DNA of 64,000 nucleotides from Spirulina sp. (GTDB lineage Bacteria; Cyanobacteriota; Cyanobacteriia; Phormidesmidales; Phormidesmidaceae). The DNA lies in NCBI GenBank assembly GCA_044070495.1, contig JBIPSI010000010.1, positions 64,001 through 128,000 on the forward strand, given 5' to 3'. The notes under the pieces were generated by a model. It was not told where the DNA came from. It saw nothing but the letters and a program-made list of their open reading frames with translations, and did no database searches. Positions 10,392 to 20,324 of this stretch are shown here, piece by piece. Within the stretch, counting starts at the first letter, position 1, and every line of letters starts with the position of its first letter. The translations under genes and the position numbers were made by a program.

Positions 10392-12482
10392 ATGCCCACG
10401 AAAGATCTCACCCGTTACCGAAATATTGGTATCTTCGCCCACGTAGACGCGGGCAAAACCACCACCACCGAACGTATCCTGGCCCTGACTGGACGCATCC
10501 ATAAAATCGGTGAAGTGCACGATGGTGCCGCCACCACCGACTTCATGGAGCAGGAGCAAGAACGGGGGATCACCATTCAGTCGGCGGCTACCACCTGCTT
10601 CTGGAAAGAGCACCAGTTCAACGTGATCGACACACCGGGTCACGTAGACTTCACCATTGAGGTGTATCGCTCCCTTAAGGTGCTGGACGGCGGCATCGGT
10701 GTGTTCTGTGGCTCCGGCGGTGTGGAACCCCAGTCGGAAACCAACTGGCGCTACGCCAACGACTCCAAGGTGGCGCGGATCATCTACGTCAACAAGCTCG
10801 ACCGGATTGGGGCCAACTTCTACAAAGTGGTAGATCAGGTCAAGAACGTGCTGGCGGCTCAGCCCCTGGTGATGGTGCTGCCCATCGGCACCGAAAACGA
10901 CTTTGTGGGCGTGGTCGATCTGCTCACCCGCAAGGCTTGGGTGTGGGACGATTCCGGCAAGCCTGAAAACTACGAAATCACCGACGTACCTGCCGACATG
11001 GTGGATCAGGTCGAGGAATATCGGGATGCCCTGGTGGAACTCGCCGTGGAGCAAGATGACGAGATCCTGGAAAAATATCTAGAAGGCGAAGAAATCTCCA
11101 TCGATGAGATCAAGGCTTGCATTCGCAAGGGCACCCGCGAACTGGCCTTCTTCCCCACCTACTGCGGTTCCTCCTTCAAGAACAAGGGCGTGCAACTGGT
11201 GCTGGATGCCGTGGTGGATTACCTGCCCAGCCCCACGGAAGTGCCTCCCCAGCCGGAAATTGACCTGGAAGGCAACCCCACGGGCGGCTATGCCTATGTG
11301 GATCCGGAGAAGCCCCTCCGCGCCCTGGCCTTCAAGATCATGGACGACCGTTTCGGTGCCCTCACCTTTACCCGGCTCTATTCGGGTCAAGTCAAAAAAG
11401 GCGACACCATCCTCGACACCGCCACGGGCAAAACCGAGCGGATCAGCCGGATTGTGGAAATGCACGCCAACGACCGGGAAGAGGTGGAATCGGCCCAGGC
11501 GGGCGACATTGTGGCCCTGATCGGCATGAAAAACGTGCAGACTGGCCACACCCTCGCCGATCCCAAAAACCCTGCCACCCTAGAACCGATGGTCTTCCCC
11601 GATCCGGTGATCTCCATCGCGGTGGCCCCCAAGAAGAAGGGCGACAACGAGAAAATGGGTATGGCCATCAGCAAGATGGTGCAAGAAGATCCCTCCTTCC
11701 AGGTGGAAACCGACGAGGAAAGCGGCGAGGTCATCCTCAAGGGGATGGGCGAACTGCACCTAGACATTAAGGTGGACATCCTCAAGCGCACCCACGGCGT
11801 GGAAGTGGAAGTGGGCAAACCCCAGGTGGCCTACCGCGAATCCATCACCAAGGTGCTGAACGACGGCTACGTCCACAAGAAGCAGTCCGGGGGTTCCGGT
11901 CAGTACGCCAAGATCGACTACATCGTCGAACCGGGCGAACCCGGCACCGGGTTTGTGTTCGAGTCCAAGGTCACGGGCGGTAACGTGCCCCGCGAATTCT
12001 GGCCTGCGGTACAGAAGGGCTTTGAAACCAGCATCGACAAAGGGCCGCTGGCGGGCTACCCCGTGGTAGACCTCAAAGTCACCCTCACCGATGGCGGCTT
12101 CCACCCCGTAGACTCTTCGGCCATCGCCTTTGAAATTGCGGCCAAGGCGGCCTACCGTCAGTCCTTGCCCAAGGCTGGCCCCCAACTGCTGGAGCCCGTG
12201 ATGAAGGTGGACGTTTTCACCCCCGAAGACTACATGGGCGACGTGATCGGTGACCTCAACCGTCGGCGCGGCATGATCAAGTCCCAGGATCCCACCCTGA
12301 CCGGGGTGCGGGTAAAGGCTGATGTGCCCCTGAGCGAAATGTTCGGCTACATCGGCGACCTGCGGACGATGACCTCCGGGCGCGGCCAGTTCTCCATGGA
12401 GTTCTCCCACTACGCCCCCTGCCCCGCTAACGTGGCAGAAACGGTGATCAAGGAAGCCAAGGAACGCCAAGCGGCCTCCTAA
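10392..12482 (+). CDS. fusA: Elongation factor G, paralog outside the str operon
   Basis: [40 protein letters not shown]; no rpsL/rpsG/tuf neighbours. Confidence 0.95.
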   Translation: MPTKDLTRYRNIGIFAHVDAGKTTTTERILALTGRIHKIGEVHDGAATTDFMEQEQERGITIQSAATTCFWKEHQFNVIDTPGHVDFTIEVYRSLKVLDGGIGVFCGSGGVEPQSETNWRYANDSKVARIIYVNKLDRIGANFYKVVDQVKNVLAAQPLVMVLPIGTENDFVGVVDLLTRKAWVWDDSGKPENYEITDVPADMVDQVEEYRDALVELAVEQDDEILEKYLEGEEISIDEIKACIRKGTRELAFFPTYCGSSFKNKGVQLVLDAVVDYLPSPTEVPPQPEIDLEGNPTGGYAYVDPEKPLRALAFKIMDDRFGALTFTRLYSGQVKKGDTILDTATGKTERISRIVEMHANDREEVESAQAGDIVALIGMKNVQTGHTLADPKNPATLEPMVFPDPVISIAVAPKKKGDNEKMGMAISKMVQEDPSFQVETDEESGEVILKGMGELHLDIKVDILKRTHGVEVEVGKPQVAYRESITKVLNDGYVHKKQSGGSGQYAKIDYIVEPGEPGTGFVFESKVTGGNVPREFWPAVQKGFETSIDKGPLAGYPVVDLKVTLTDGGFHPVDSSAIAFEIAAKAAYRQSLPKAGPQLLEPVMKVDVFTPEDYMGDVIGDLNRRRGMIKSQDPTLTGVRVKADVPLSEMFGYIGDLRTMTSGRGQFSMEFSHYAPCPANVAETVIKEAKERQAAS

Positions 12483-12496
12483 CTCCATAAACCTAA

Positions 12497-12525
12497 CGGC
12501 TGGGGGTAACTCCAGCCGCTCTTTT
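12497..12525 (+). terminator. Intrinsic terminator after fusA
   Basis: CGGCTGGGG-GTAA-CTCCAGCCG followed by CTCTTTT. Confidence 0.55.
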
Positions 12526-12622
12526 GTCTACCGATTGTTTGTCTCCGGAATCTCTGCGCCCTGGTCAAGCTTTGGCTAGGGCGTTTTGTTACTTTAGAGT
12601 CAGCGCTATTGAAGGCATCGCC

Positions 12623-13303
12623 ATGACGGCCACCTTTTCCGCCCCCACGGTTCACAATCATCCCCTTCAGACCTGGCACCCCGCCACCTGGGAGGATTAC
12701 CTTGCCCTGCGGGACGATCCTAGTGACGAACGAATCCGATTGGCCTTTAACGAAGGATGGTTGTGGATACTGATGGGCGCAGAGGGCATGAATCACGCTT
12801 CCGTGAGCGACTTATTCACGATAATGATTGGCTTCTGGGCCATGCAGCATCCCGATCAGGTGTTTAGCTCCTTCGGTCGCTGCCTGTTGGAACAGCCTGG
12901 AACCCGTGCCAGTGCGCCGGATTTGGTGCTCTACATCGGGCCAGATTATCCCCAATGGCAGCCGGGGGAATCCCGCCGCATTGACCTGACCCAGCACCCT
13001 GTTCCTGCCCTGGTGGGGGAAATTGCCGACACCACCCTAGCCACGGATTTGGACGAGAAAAAGCACCTCTATGCCGCCCTGGGTATTCCTGAATATTGGG
13101 TGATCGACGTGCAGGGCCGACGGGTATTTGCCTTTGCGCTGCAAGACAACGGCACCTATCAATCCTGCGATACCTCCCACGCCCTGGCGGATCTGTCCAT
13201 CGCATGGCTCACCGAAGCCCTAGAACGCCTTGCCCATAGCAGCAACACCCACGTTGCCACCTGGTTTGGCCAGCAAATCGCCACCCTCACCCAACCCCAG
13301 TAG
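12623..13303 (+). CDS. Uma2-family (DUF820) PD-(D/E)XK endonuclease-like protein
   Basis: TWEDYL, APDL, GEIADTTLATDLDEKKHLYAALGIPEYWVID. Confidence 0.9.
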   Translation: MTATFSAPTVHNHPLQTWHPATWEDYLALRDDPSDERIRLAFNEGWLWILMGAEGMNHASVSDLFTIMIGFWAMQHPDQVFSSFGRCLLEQPGTRASAPDLVLYIGPDYPQWQPGESRRIDLTQHPVPALVGEIADTTLATDLDEKKHLYAALGIPEYWVIDVQGRRVFAFALQDNGTYQSCDTSHALADLSIAWLTEALERLAHSSNTHVATWFGQQIATLTQPQ

Positions 13304-13389
13304 CCCAACGTAGCCCAAGCACCCTATCTGCCGCTGGGCTAGGATGAAAAGGCTGACAACATCCCAAAATTCCTGTTCTTTGCGTGATA

Positions 13390-13575
13390 ATGGCCGAAAC
13401 AATCCCCCTGCTCTGGTTGCCGATGTTTTTCCATTGCCTGATTGGCCTCGTGGCGGCTCAGGTGGCCTTTCGCAAAGGATACGACCTCGGTATTTGGCTG
13501 TTGTGGGGCACCCTCGGCGGCACGGCGGCTCTGATCGATGCCCTGCGGCGACCTCGCCATGGCACGACAGCTTGA
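13390..13575 (+). CDS. Small membrane protein, function unknown
   Basis: Two hydrophobic segments around AFRKGY; fills the intergenic gap. Confidence 0.55.
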   Translation: MAETIPLLWLPMFFHCLIGLVAAQVAFRKGYDLGIWLLWGTLGGTAALIDALRRPRHGTTA

Positions 13576-13686
13576 CGATGACTCGGTAGTTAGGGACGGG
13601 CGGCGGGTAATTGCCTGATGCCCGTACTGCTATGTTGGGGGCTGTTGGGGGCTGTGGTTTCAAGCTATGCCCCATAACCTACGACA

Positions 13687-14676
13687 TTAGACTTGGTGAT
13701 CGGGTTCTAGGCGGCAGGGGTATTGGTCGTCGCCCGTTTCGATTTGTAGGGTGGCGTGGTCAATCTCGAAATGGTGATGGAGGTCGTCGCTGACCTGGGC
13801 CAAAAAGCTGTCCCCTGGGCTACCTGTGGGCATCACCAAATGGGCGGTGAGGGCGGTTTCGGTGGTGCTCATGGCCCAAATGTGGAGATCGTGAACCGTG
13901 GCGACACCGGGTAATTCCTGCAAGAAGGTACGCACCGCCAGGGGTTCGATGTGTTTGGGCACCCGATCCAGAATCAACCCCAGCGCATCCCGAAACAGTT
14001 GCCAGGTGCCGACCACAATCACCACCACAATCACCAGGCTGATGGCTGGATCGAACCAAAGCCAGCCCGTCAGCAAAATTGCCACCCCCGCCAGCACCAC
14101 CCCCACCGAAACCAAGGCATCGGCGGCCATGTGCAAAAAGGCTCCGCGAATGTTGAGGTCGTGCTGGCTACCGGACAAAAACAGCAGGGCGGTGAGGGTG
14201 TTGATCACGATGCCCACTCCCGCCACCCAAATCAGGGTCATCCCCGGTACTGGGGTGGGGTCTTGCAGTCGGCGCAGGGCTTCCCAGGCAATGCCCCCAA
14301 CGGCCAAAAGCAGCAGCATCGCGTTCATCAAGGCCGCTAGGATGGGGGTGCGTCGCAGGCCGTAGGTATAGGTGGGGCTGGGGGGACGTTGGGCCAAATA
14401 ACTGGCTCCCCAGGCCAGGATAAGCCCCAGCACGTCGCTGAGGTTGTGGCCTGCATCCGCCAGTAGCGCCAGGGATTGGCTGACCCAGCCAAAGGCCGCT
14501 TCCAGAATCACAAAACCTAGGTTGAGGACGATGCCGATCTGAAAGGCACGGGTGAAGTTTTTGGGGGTAGGGTGATGGTGTCCATGGTGGTCGGGGCGGT
14601 GGGGGCGGCTGTGATCGTGCCCATGATCGTGACCGTGACCGGAATGGCTGGCGTGGGAGTGACTGTGGTGAATCAA
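13687..14676 (-). CDS. Cation diffusion facilitator (CzcD/ZitB-like Zn/Co/Cd exporter)
   Basis: His-rich N-terminus, SLALLADAGHNLSD, NIRGAFLHMAAD, VHDLHIW, HATLQIE; probable TTG start after GAGGTG. Confidence 0.9.
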   Translation of the reverse strand: MIHHSHSHASHSGHGHDHGHDHSRPHRPDHHGHHHPTPKNFTRAFQIGIVLNLGFVILEAAFGWVSQSLALLADAGHNLSDVLGLILAWGASYLAQRPPSPTYTYGLRRTPILAALMNAMLLLLAVGGIAWEALRRLQDPTPVPGMTLIWVAGVGIVINTLTALLFLSGSQHDLNIRGAFLHMAADALVSVGVVLAGVAILLTGWLWFDPAISLVIVVVIVVGTWQLFRDALGLILDRVPKHIEPLAVRTFLQELPGVATVHDLHIWAMSTTETALTAHLVMPTGSPGDSFLAQVSDDLHHHFEIDHATLQIETGDDQYPCRLEPDHQV

Positions 14677-14855
14677 AAAACACCTCACGGGAAAGTATCG
14701 GGACGCTCTGACCAGATCAACATGGCCCAAGGCCAGAACCTCGGCCAGCACGACCAGCCCTCTGGGCACATCCCGGCCTGTCTCACGTATCTTTTGAGTG
14801 TAGAGCAGGGTAGGGTTGAGGAATACCCGTAAGTTACGTTTCAGCAACGTTGGCA

Positions 14856-15110
14856 ATGGACATGATTACCGTTACGGTGAAGCTGTTTTCGATTTATCAA
14901 GAAGCCTATGGGGTGCCGGAGGTGCAGTGGACATTTCCGCCCCAAAGCCCGGTGCGAGCGGTGCTAGATCGTGCCTTGGCCGACCATCCCCGGTTAGAAC
15001 CCTGGCGTGCTCAAACTCGCCTGGGCCTGAATCTGCAATTTGTTGAGGCCGATACCCCCCTCGCCCCAGGGGATGAGGTGGTGCTGATTCCGCCGGTGAG
15101 TGGTGGGTAG
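14856..15110 (+). CDS. moaD: MoaD/ThiS-family sulfur carrier protein
   Basis: VKLF start, C-terminal GDEVVLIPPVSGG. Confidence 0.85.
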   Translation: MDMITVTVKLFSIYQEAYGVPEVQWTFPPQSPVRAVLDRALADHPRLEPWRAQTRLGLNLQFVEADTPLAPGDEVVLIPPVSGG

Positions 15111-15279
15111 CCAAAGGCGGCTGGAACGGAACTCTCGGCCTCAAGATCACGATGTCAGACGTGAACTTCTCTATCCTTGGCAGGCGTTCCTGCGGCTATG
15201 GTTGGCGCTGAGGACGTTTGCTAAGGGGCCTGGATGGGAATGCTAGATCGGTGCCCTATGGGGCCGGTCATGTCCCTCT

Positions 15280-16437
15280 GTGAGTCCTATGGATCAGCGT
15301 TCCCCGTCGCCGTCGCTCTCTCCGCAGTCCCCGTTCCCAGCTACCGCCTCCAAGCACCACCCTGCTTCCTTGACTCGATCCCTAGGCCAGTCTTCTAGCC
15401 CTAGACCGCTCCCCCGCTCTACCCAAGATTTAATTCGACGACTGCGGCTGAAGGTAGCGGAAGCCTTGCCGGAGCAACTGCCCCTCGATTTTTCCGTGGC
15501 CATCTGTACCTACAACGGTGAGCATCGCCTACCGGAGGTGCTCAAAGGATTGCTGTGGCAACTGCAAGGTCAACCCCTGGCCTGGGAAGTGATTGTGGTA
15601 GACAACAACAGTACCGATGGCACTGCCGCCGTGGTGGAATCCATGCGGGCGCAGTGGCCCCGCGACATTCCCCTACGCTATGCCTTTGAGCCGCAGCAAG
15701 GGGCAAGTTTTGCCCGCCAGCAGGCCATTCAAATCGCCCGTAGCCCGCTGGTGGGGTTCTTAGACGATGACAATATTCCCTCTTTGTTGTGGGTGATCAA
15801 TGCCTACAAATTTGGCCATACCCACCCCGAAGCCGCCGCCTACGGTAGCCGCATTCAGGGCAATTTCGAGGCCAGTCCGCCGCCGCATTTTGAACGCATC
15901 GCCGCCCTGTTGGCCCTAACAGAGCGGGGATCGCAACCCCTAATCTATCGCCCCGAACGAAAGGTGCTACCCCCCGGAGCGGGGCTAGTGGTGAAGCGCC
16001 AGGCTTGGTTAGATACGGTGCCCCCGGTGCTCTCCCTGGGAACAGCGATTGGGGATCGGGCGGCGGGGGAGGATCTGGAGGTCGTGCTATACATGCAGCG
16101 CCAGGGCTGGGAGATTTGGTACAACCCGGCCATGCGCGTGAGCCACAACATTCCGGCCCATCGCCTTCAGCGAGACTACCTGATTCGTCTATGCCGAGGC
16201 ATCGGCCTCAGCCGCCACCGCACCCGAATGTTGAGTGTGCCACCTTGGCAGCGCCCACTGATGACGCCCCTTTACATGGCCAACGATGGGCGAAAGATTC
16301 TGCGTCATCTGCTTCGCCATCGGCAGCAGGTGATGACTGACACCGTGACCGCCTGTGAAATGACGCTCTACCTATACAGCCTAGCCAGTCCCTTTTATAT
16401 GGCTTGGCGACGGTGGAGAAACCCAGGCCAGCCCTAG
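15280..16437 (+). CDS. GT2 glycosyltransferase (HpsE-like); start uncertain
   Basis: SVAICTYNG, VVDNNSTD, FLDDD, LPPGAGL, GEDLE, WEIWYNP. Confidence 0.85.
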   Translation: MSPMDQRSPSPSLSPQSPFPATASKHHPASLTRSLGQSSSPRPLPRSTQDLIRRLRLKVAEALPEQLPLDFSVAICTYNGEHRLPEVLKGLLWQLQGQPLAWEVIVVDNNSTDGTAAVVESMRAQWPRDIPLRYAFEPQQGASFARQQAIQIARSPLVGFLDDDNIPSLLWVINAYKFGHTHPEAAAYGSRIQGNFEASPPPHFERIAALLALTERGSQPLIYRPERKVLPPGAGLVVKRQAWLDTVPPVLSLGTAIGDRAAGEDLEVVLYMQRQGWEIWYNPAMRVSHNIPAHRLQRDYLIRLCRGIGLSRHRTRMLSVPPWQRPLMTPLYMANDGRKILRHLLRHRQQVMTDTVTACEMTLYLYSLASPFYMAWRRWRNPGQP

Positions 16438-16465
16438 GCAGAGGGGGGCTTTCGCAGGCCGATGA

Positions 16466-17680
16466 TCACTCGGCTCCGGATGATTCTTCAGACTCCGAGG
16501 GGGCCTCGTTGGGGGGTGGAGGCGTCGCCTCATCCTCGGCCCGCTTCAGAATGGAATCGGTGGTGACACAGTCGTCATCGCTGTACAGCACCTTAACCAC
16601 AGCTCGATAGAGTGTGCCCATGGCTAGGGGGGTTTCGGAGTTAGCCGCTAGGGTTTGCAGGGTCTGGGCCGCCGATTGATTCAGAAAAGAATAGCCCGTA
16701 CTTTTTAAGACCGTGGTGGAAATCGTCACCGTGTCGGCCTCTTCCCCTGGTAGCAGCACAAATCCTAAAAGGCCATCGCCCGGTTCCGGGGTGAGGCAGA
16801 TCCGCAGATCGTAGGGCACCTCCACCGCAAAGGTATCCTCGGCCAAGACGGGGTCTTCGTCCAACTGCTCAGCAACGGTGCTCGTCCAGCTTGCCAGGGC
16901 ACGTTCGGCCTCATCGGCGGTCGTGAGGTCGCGGCTATACTCCACCCGTGCGATCAGGTCTTGGGAACGCGCCACCTCGGGCGGCACCTCCTCCGATGGA
17001 TCGCGATCATCCAGGGAAGCCGAGGTATCCTCTGTGGCCCTTTCCCCCTCCCTAGGGCGCAGATCCGCCGCGCTGGGTTCGCGGGGGGGGGATGTCGTCG
17101 CCGTAGGGGTAGAGGCGGCGGTGTTGTTTCCTTCATCTTCTGCGGATATTCCCTCTGGGTTATCCGGATCGGGGCGGGGTAGGCGGCTGCCAGAGGGGGG
17201 CGGAATCACGATGGAATTGCGCCCCAGACGAGACGGGAAGGGGCTAACCGCAAGGGGAGCACCCAAGGGAGACTGGGAGGTTGGCAGCCGGGGGACAGAA
17301 CTGAGCCCCCCCGGTAAAGGGGTAAAGGACGGACTGCTCAAGCGATCCCCGGAGGGCGGAAACAGGTTGGCTAGGTTGTTGCTGTCCCCAGATAAAAAGC
17401 CGTCGGGCAAGAGAGAATAGGCCGGGCTGTCGAAGTCGGGCAGCCGACTCTGCTCTTCTGGGGTGAGTTCAATCATGGGCACCCGACGTTCGATGTCCTG
17501 CCCAAATTCCGGTGATTCTTGGGCCATCCCCTGCAAGGTTGAAAACGATGGCCCCACGGCAAACAACGCCCCATGGAAGCCCACAGACACAATAGCTGCC
17601 ACCCACTGGGGCTGACGCAAAACGGCAGGCACCCCTTTGAGTACCGCTGGGTTGATGGGTAGCCCTTTCAACAATTTCAT
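16466..17680 (-). CDS. Membrane-anchored Pro/acidic-rich protein, TonB-like architecture
   Basis: N-terminal TM (SVGFHG), long Pro-rich linker, C-terminal KSTGYSFLNQSA. Confidence 0.6.
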   Translation of the reverse strand: MKLLKGLPINPAVLKGVPAVLRQPQWVAAIVSVGFHGALFAVGPSFSTLQGMAQESPEFGQDIERRVPMIELTPEEQSRLPDFDSPAYSLLPDGFLSGDSNNLANLFPPSGDRLSSPSFTPLPGGLSSVPRLPTSQSPLGAPLAVSPFPSRLGRNSIVIPPPSGSRLPRPDPDNPEGISAEDEGNNTAASTPTATTSPPREPSAADLRPREGERATEDTSASLDDRDPSEEVPPEVARSQDLIARVEYSRDLTTADEAERALASWTSTVAEQLDEDPVLAEDTFAVEVPYDLRICLTPEPGDGLLGFVLLPGEEADTVTISTTVLKSTGYSFLNQSAAQTLQTLAANSETPLAMGTLYRAVVKVLYSDDDCVTTDSILKRAEDEATPPPPNEAPSESEESSGAE

Positions 17681-17854
17681 CGTGACCCTTGACCCTCGCC
17701 AACCGGCTGAATCTTTGATAATCGCGAACCCACCTATCCAATCGTGGATGGCGGAGTGCTCCATCTAGAGACTAAACACCCCTGGCTAGGTTCCTGCCCT
17801 AGCCTAGCGAATCGGAAGCCCCTTTGGGGTTAGATTTGTGGCTAACCGTGGCGT

Positions 17855-18925
17855 CTACGGGGCCGCTACTAGGGACGGTTCCACGGCACTGGCCAACTGC
17901 CGCAGCATCGTAGCCGTCGTCTCAAAGTCAACGCAGGCATCGGTGATGCTTTGGCCGTAGGTGAGTTCTCGCAGGTTGTCGGGGATGGGCTGGTTGCCTG
18001 CCTTCAGGTGACTCTCAATCATCACCCCTAGGATGTGGCGAGATCCGTTGCGCATTTGGGTGGCCACATCCTCTAGCACCGACACTTGGCGGGTGTGGTC
18101 TTTGTTGGCGTTGGCGTGGCTGCAATCGATCATCATGCGCGGGTTCAGCTTCAGCTTAGCCATTTCTTCGGCAGCATTTTCCACATGGGCTTGGCTGAAG
18201 TTGGGGCCACCCTTCCCCCCCCGCAGCACGAGGTGACAATCGGGATTGCCTGTGGTGGTAACGATGCTAGCCAGCCCGTGATGGTTAATCCCCAGAAAAT
18301 GGTGGGGCTGGCTGGCGGCGACCATGGCATTTTCCGCCGCTTGTAGACTGCCATCGGTGCTGTTTTTGAAGCCGATGGGCATAGATAACCCAGAAGCCAT
18401 TTCTCGGTGGGTTTGGCTTTCGGTGGTGCGGGCTCCAATCGCCGTCCAGGCAATTACGTCCGCGATGTATTGGGGTGTGACAGGATCCAGTAGTTCTGTG
18501 GCGGAGGGCAAACCTAGGTGGGCCAAATCAAGCAGCAGCTTGCGGGCAAGGCGCAGCCCGGTGTTGATGTCGTAGCTGCCGTCTAGGTGGGGATCGTTAA
18601 TCAAGCCCTTCCAGCCCACGTTGGTGCGGGGTTTTTCAAAATAGACCCGCATGATGATCTCCAACTGGCCCGATAGCTCGTGGCGCAGGTTCACCAGCTT
18701 TTGGCCATACTCGTAGGCGGCATCCACATCATGGACGGAACAGGGGCCAACAATCACCAGCAAGCGGCGATCTTCGTTGTAGAGAATGTGACGAATCCGA
18801 TCCCTGGCCGCAGACACCAGCGCCGCCGCCTCGTCGGTCATTGGTAGCTCGTGGTGCAGCAACGCCGGACTCACGAGGGGACGGGTCTCAACAACATGAA
18901 GATCTTGGGTCTGCTGCATAGCCAT
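17855..18925 (-). CDS. DAHP synthase (AroF/G/H type)
   Basis: VGPCSVHD, RVYFEKPRT, GWKGLIND, IGARTTESQ, DCSHAN, SITDAC. Confidence 0.95.
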   Translation of the reverse strand: MAMQQTQDLHVVETRPLVSPALLHHELPMTDEAAALVSAARDRIRHILYNEDRRLLVIVGPCSVHDVDAAYEYGQKLVNLRHELSGQLEIIMRVYFEKPRTNVGWKGLINDPHLDGSYDINTGLRLARKLLLDLAHLGLPSATELLDPVTPQYIADVIAWTAIGARTTESQTHREMASGLSMPIGFKNSTDGSLQAAENAMVAASQPHHFLGINHHGLASIVTTTGNPDCHLVLRGGKGGPNFSQAHVENAAEEMAKLKLNPRMMIDCSHANANKDHTRQVSVLEDVATQMRNGSRHILGVMIESHLKAGNQPIPDNLRELTYGQSITDACVDFETTATMLRQLASAVEPSLVAAP

Positions 18926-19247
18926 AGCCTAGGGAACGTGCAACGGGAAACAAAATTGAGTCTAACGAAGAAAATTCGCTGAAACCTTTGGGTACAGAGA
19001 AAGATTTTTAAATAGTAACGTAAGCCGTTAAGTCGCCTGAGGGGATCCCCAAGCCCCCGCTGACCCTTCTGGGCTACCCACACCCAACCCGACTTGACAA
19101 CCCCCAAGTCCCAGCCCGACCAGCCGTCGGGGCGAGGTCTTCTCGCCTGCTGATATCGGGAACAAGCAAGCCGGATCTAGAACCAGCACCCAACTCGCCC
19201 CAAATCCTGGATGGTTGGGTTTCGATGCGCTACACCCGGCAGATGGG

Positions 19248-19727
19248 TTAGGCGGTAAGGGCGGTGACGCCTTCCGGTTGCCCCAGGGCGGGCAGCATTT
19301 CCACGGCGGTGTTATTGAACAGCACCATGGTGGTGGAGGGGTTTTCCTCAAAGCCGATGCGCTGGTAAAAGCCCTGCTGGCGGGTGGTCATCAAATACAC
19401 CCGCTCCACTCGGCTCATGTGGGGATGGCTGAGCAGAGTTTCCACCATTTTGCGGCCCAGCCCGCCCCCCTGGTAGGCCGGGTCGATCACCACATCCCAA
19501 ATGGTGGCCCGAAATACGCCGTCGGAGGTAGCCCGCGCAAAGCCCATTAGCACCTCGCCATCCCAGGCGGTTACCACCGGAAAACTGTGGGCAATGGCGG
19601 TGGCCATGTCGGCCTCGGTGCGATCCTGCGCCCAAAAGGCGGCAGTCCGAAACAAGCGGATGACTTGGGCCAAGTCGCCCTCAGAAAATTGGTCGGCATA
19701 CTTGAAGCGAATGGTGCTGCAATCCAT
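19248..19727 (-). CDS. GNAT N-acetyltransferase
   Basis: GFARATSDG, IWDVVIDPAYQGGGLG, FYQRIGF. Confidence 0.9.
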   Translation of the reverse strand: MDCSTIRFKYADQFSEGDLAQVIRLFRTAAFWAQDRTEADMATAIAHSFPVVTAWDGEVLMGFARATSDGVFRATIWDVVIDPAYQGGGLGRKMVETLLSHPHMSRVERVYLMTTRQQGFYQRIGFEENPSTTMVLFNNTAVEMLPALGQPEGVTALTA

Positions 19728-20324
19728 CAGAAACCTGCTGTTCCCGGTACGGGCTATGGGTGGTTAGACGAAAGACTATGGACGGACAGAGAACCGCCGA
19801 AGGGCCGTTTCCTCAGGACAAGCCATGGAGAAGAGAAGATCGGCAGTGCAATCACAGGGGCGAAAGCTGAGAAACGTAAACTTTCTCTAGTCAGAATAAA
19901 CAGATTTTCTGAATAGTGGTATACCAAAATGGAAATTCCCTTGACATTGTCAGGATTTTCTAACACAAGCATCTGTCCCATTCTGCCCAATCCCGTCCCA
20001 AAGGAGCATGACCTCGTAAGGTGCATCGTCTGCGGCCATCCCTTGGTCGGAGAACGCAACAGGATTCTGTCGGTGCTATGTCCACGTACGACGGCTGATC
20101 CACAGGCGAGGGCCAGTAGCAATCCACTGAATCCAACGAGAAACCGGAGTTGCCGTCACCGTCCCTGTGCTCTTACCCCTACGATCAAGGTCTATGCGGC
20201 TGAACCAACCGTGCCCTCAGTTGCACGTCAAAATCTAGGGAACCACAATGAGAACATTTAGCCTCAGCGATCAGGTCTTCCCTTAATAGGTCATTTTCGG
20301 CCTATTAGAACCTCCTAGGAGGCA

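Noticed and set aside
10251..12488. Long antisense ORFs opposite fusA (and similar ones opposite groEL, clpP and glgP)
   Set aside because: Expected shadow ORFs of GC3-rich, highly biased genes
12623..13303. Uma2 nuclease as part of a defence system
   Set aside because: Uma2/DUF820 genes are abundant and scattered in cyanobacteria; no partner gene here
14677..14856. N-terminal extension of the CDF ORF in the ORF track
   Set aside because: It would overlap the divergent moaD start and promoter; an SD-like GAGGTG lies just before TTG 14676
19785..19825. Glycine-riboswitch-like words (CGCCGAAGG...CTCAGG)
   Set aside because: Only a partial match, flanking stems missing, and antisense to the adjacent gene with no credible downstream plus-strand gene
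19929..20261. 110-aa ORF containing CIVC
   Set aside because: No recognisable family, SD or codon bias; probably a chance ORF
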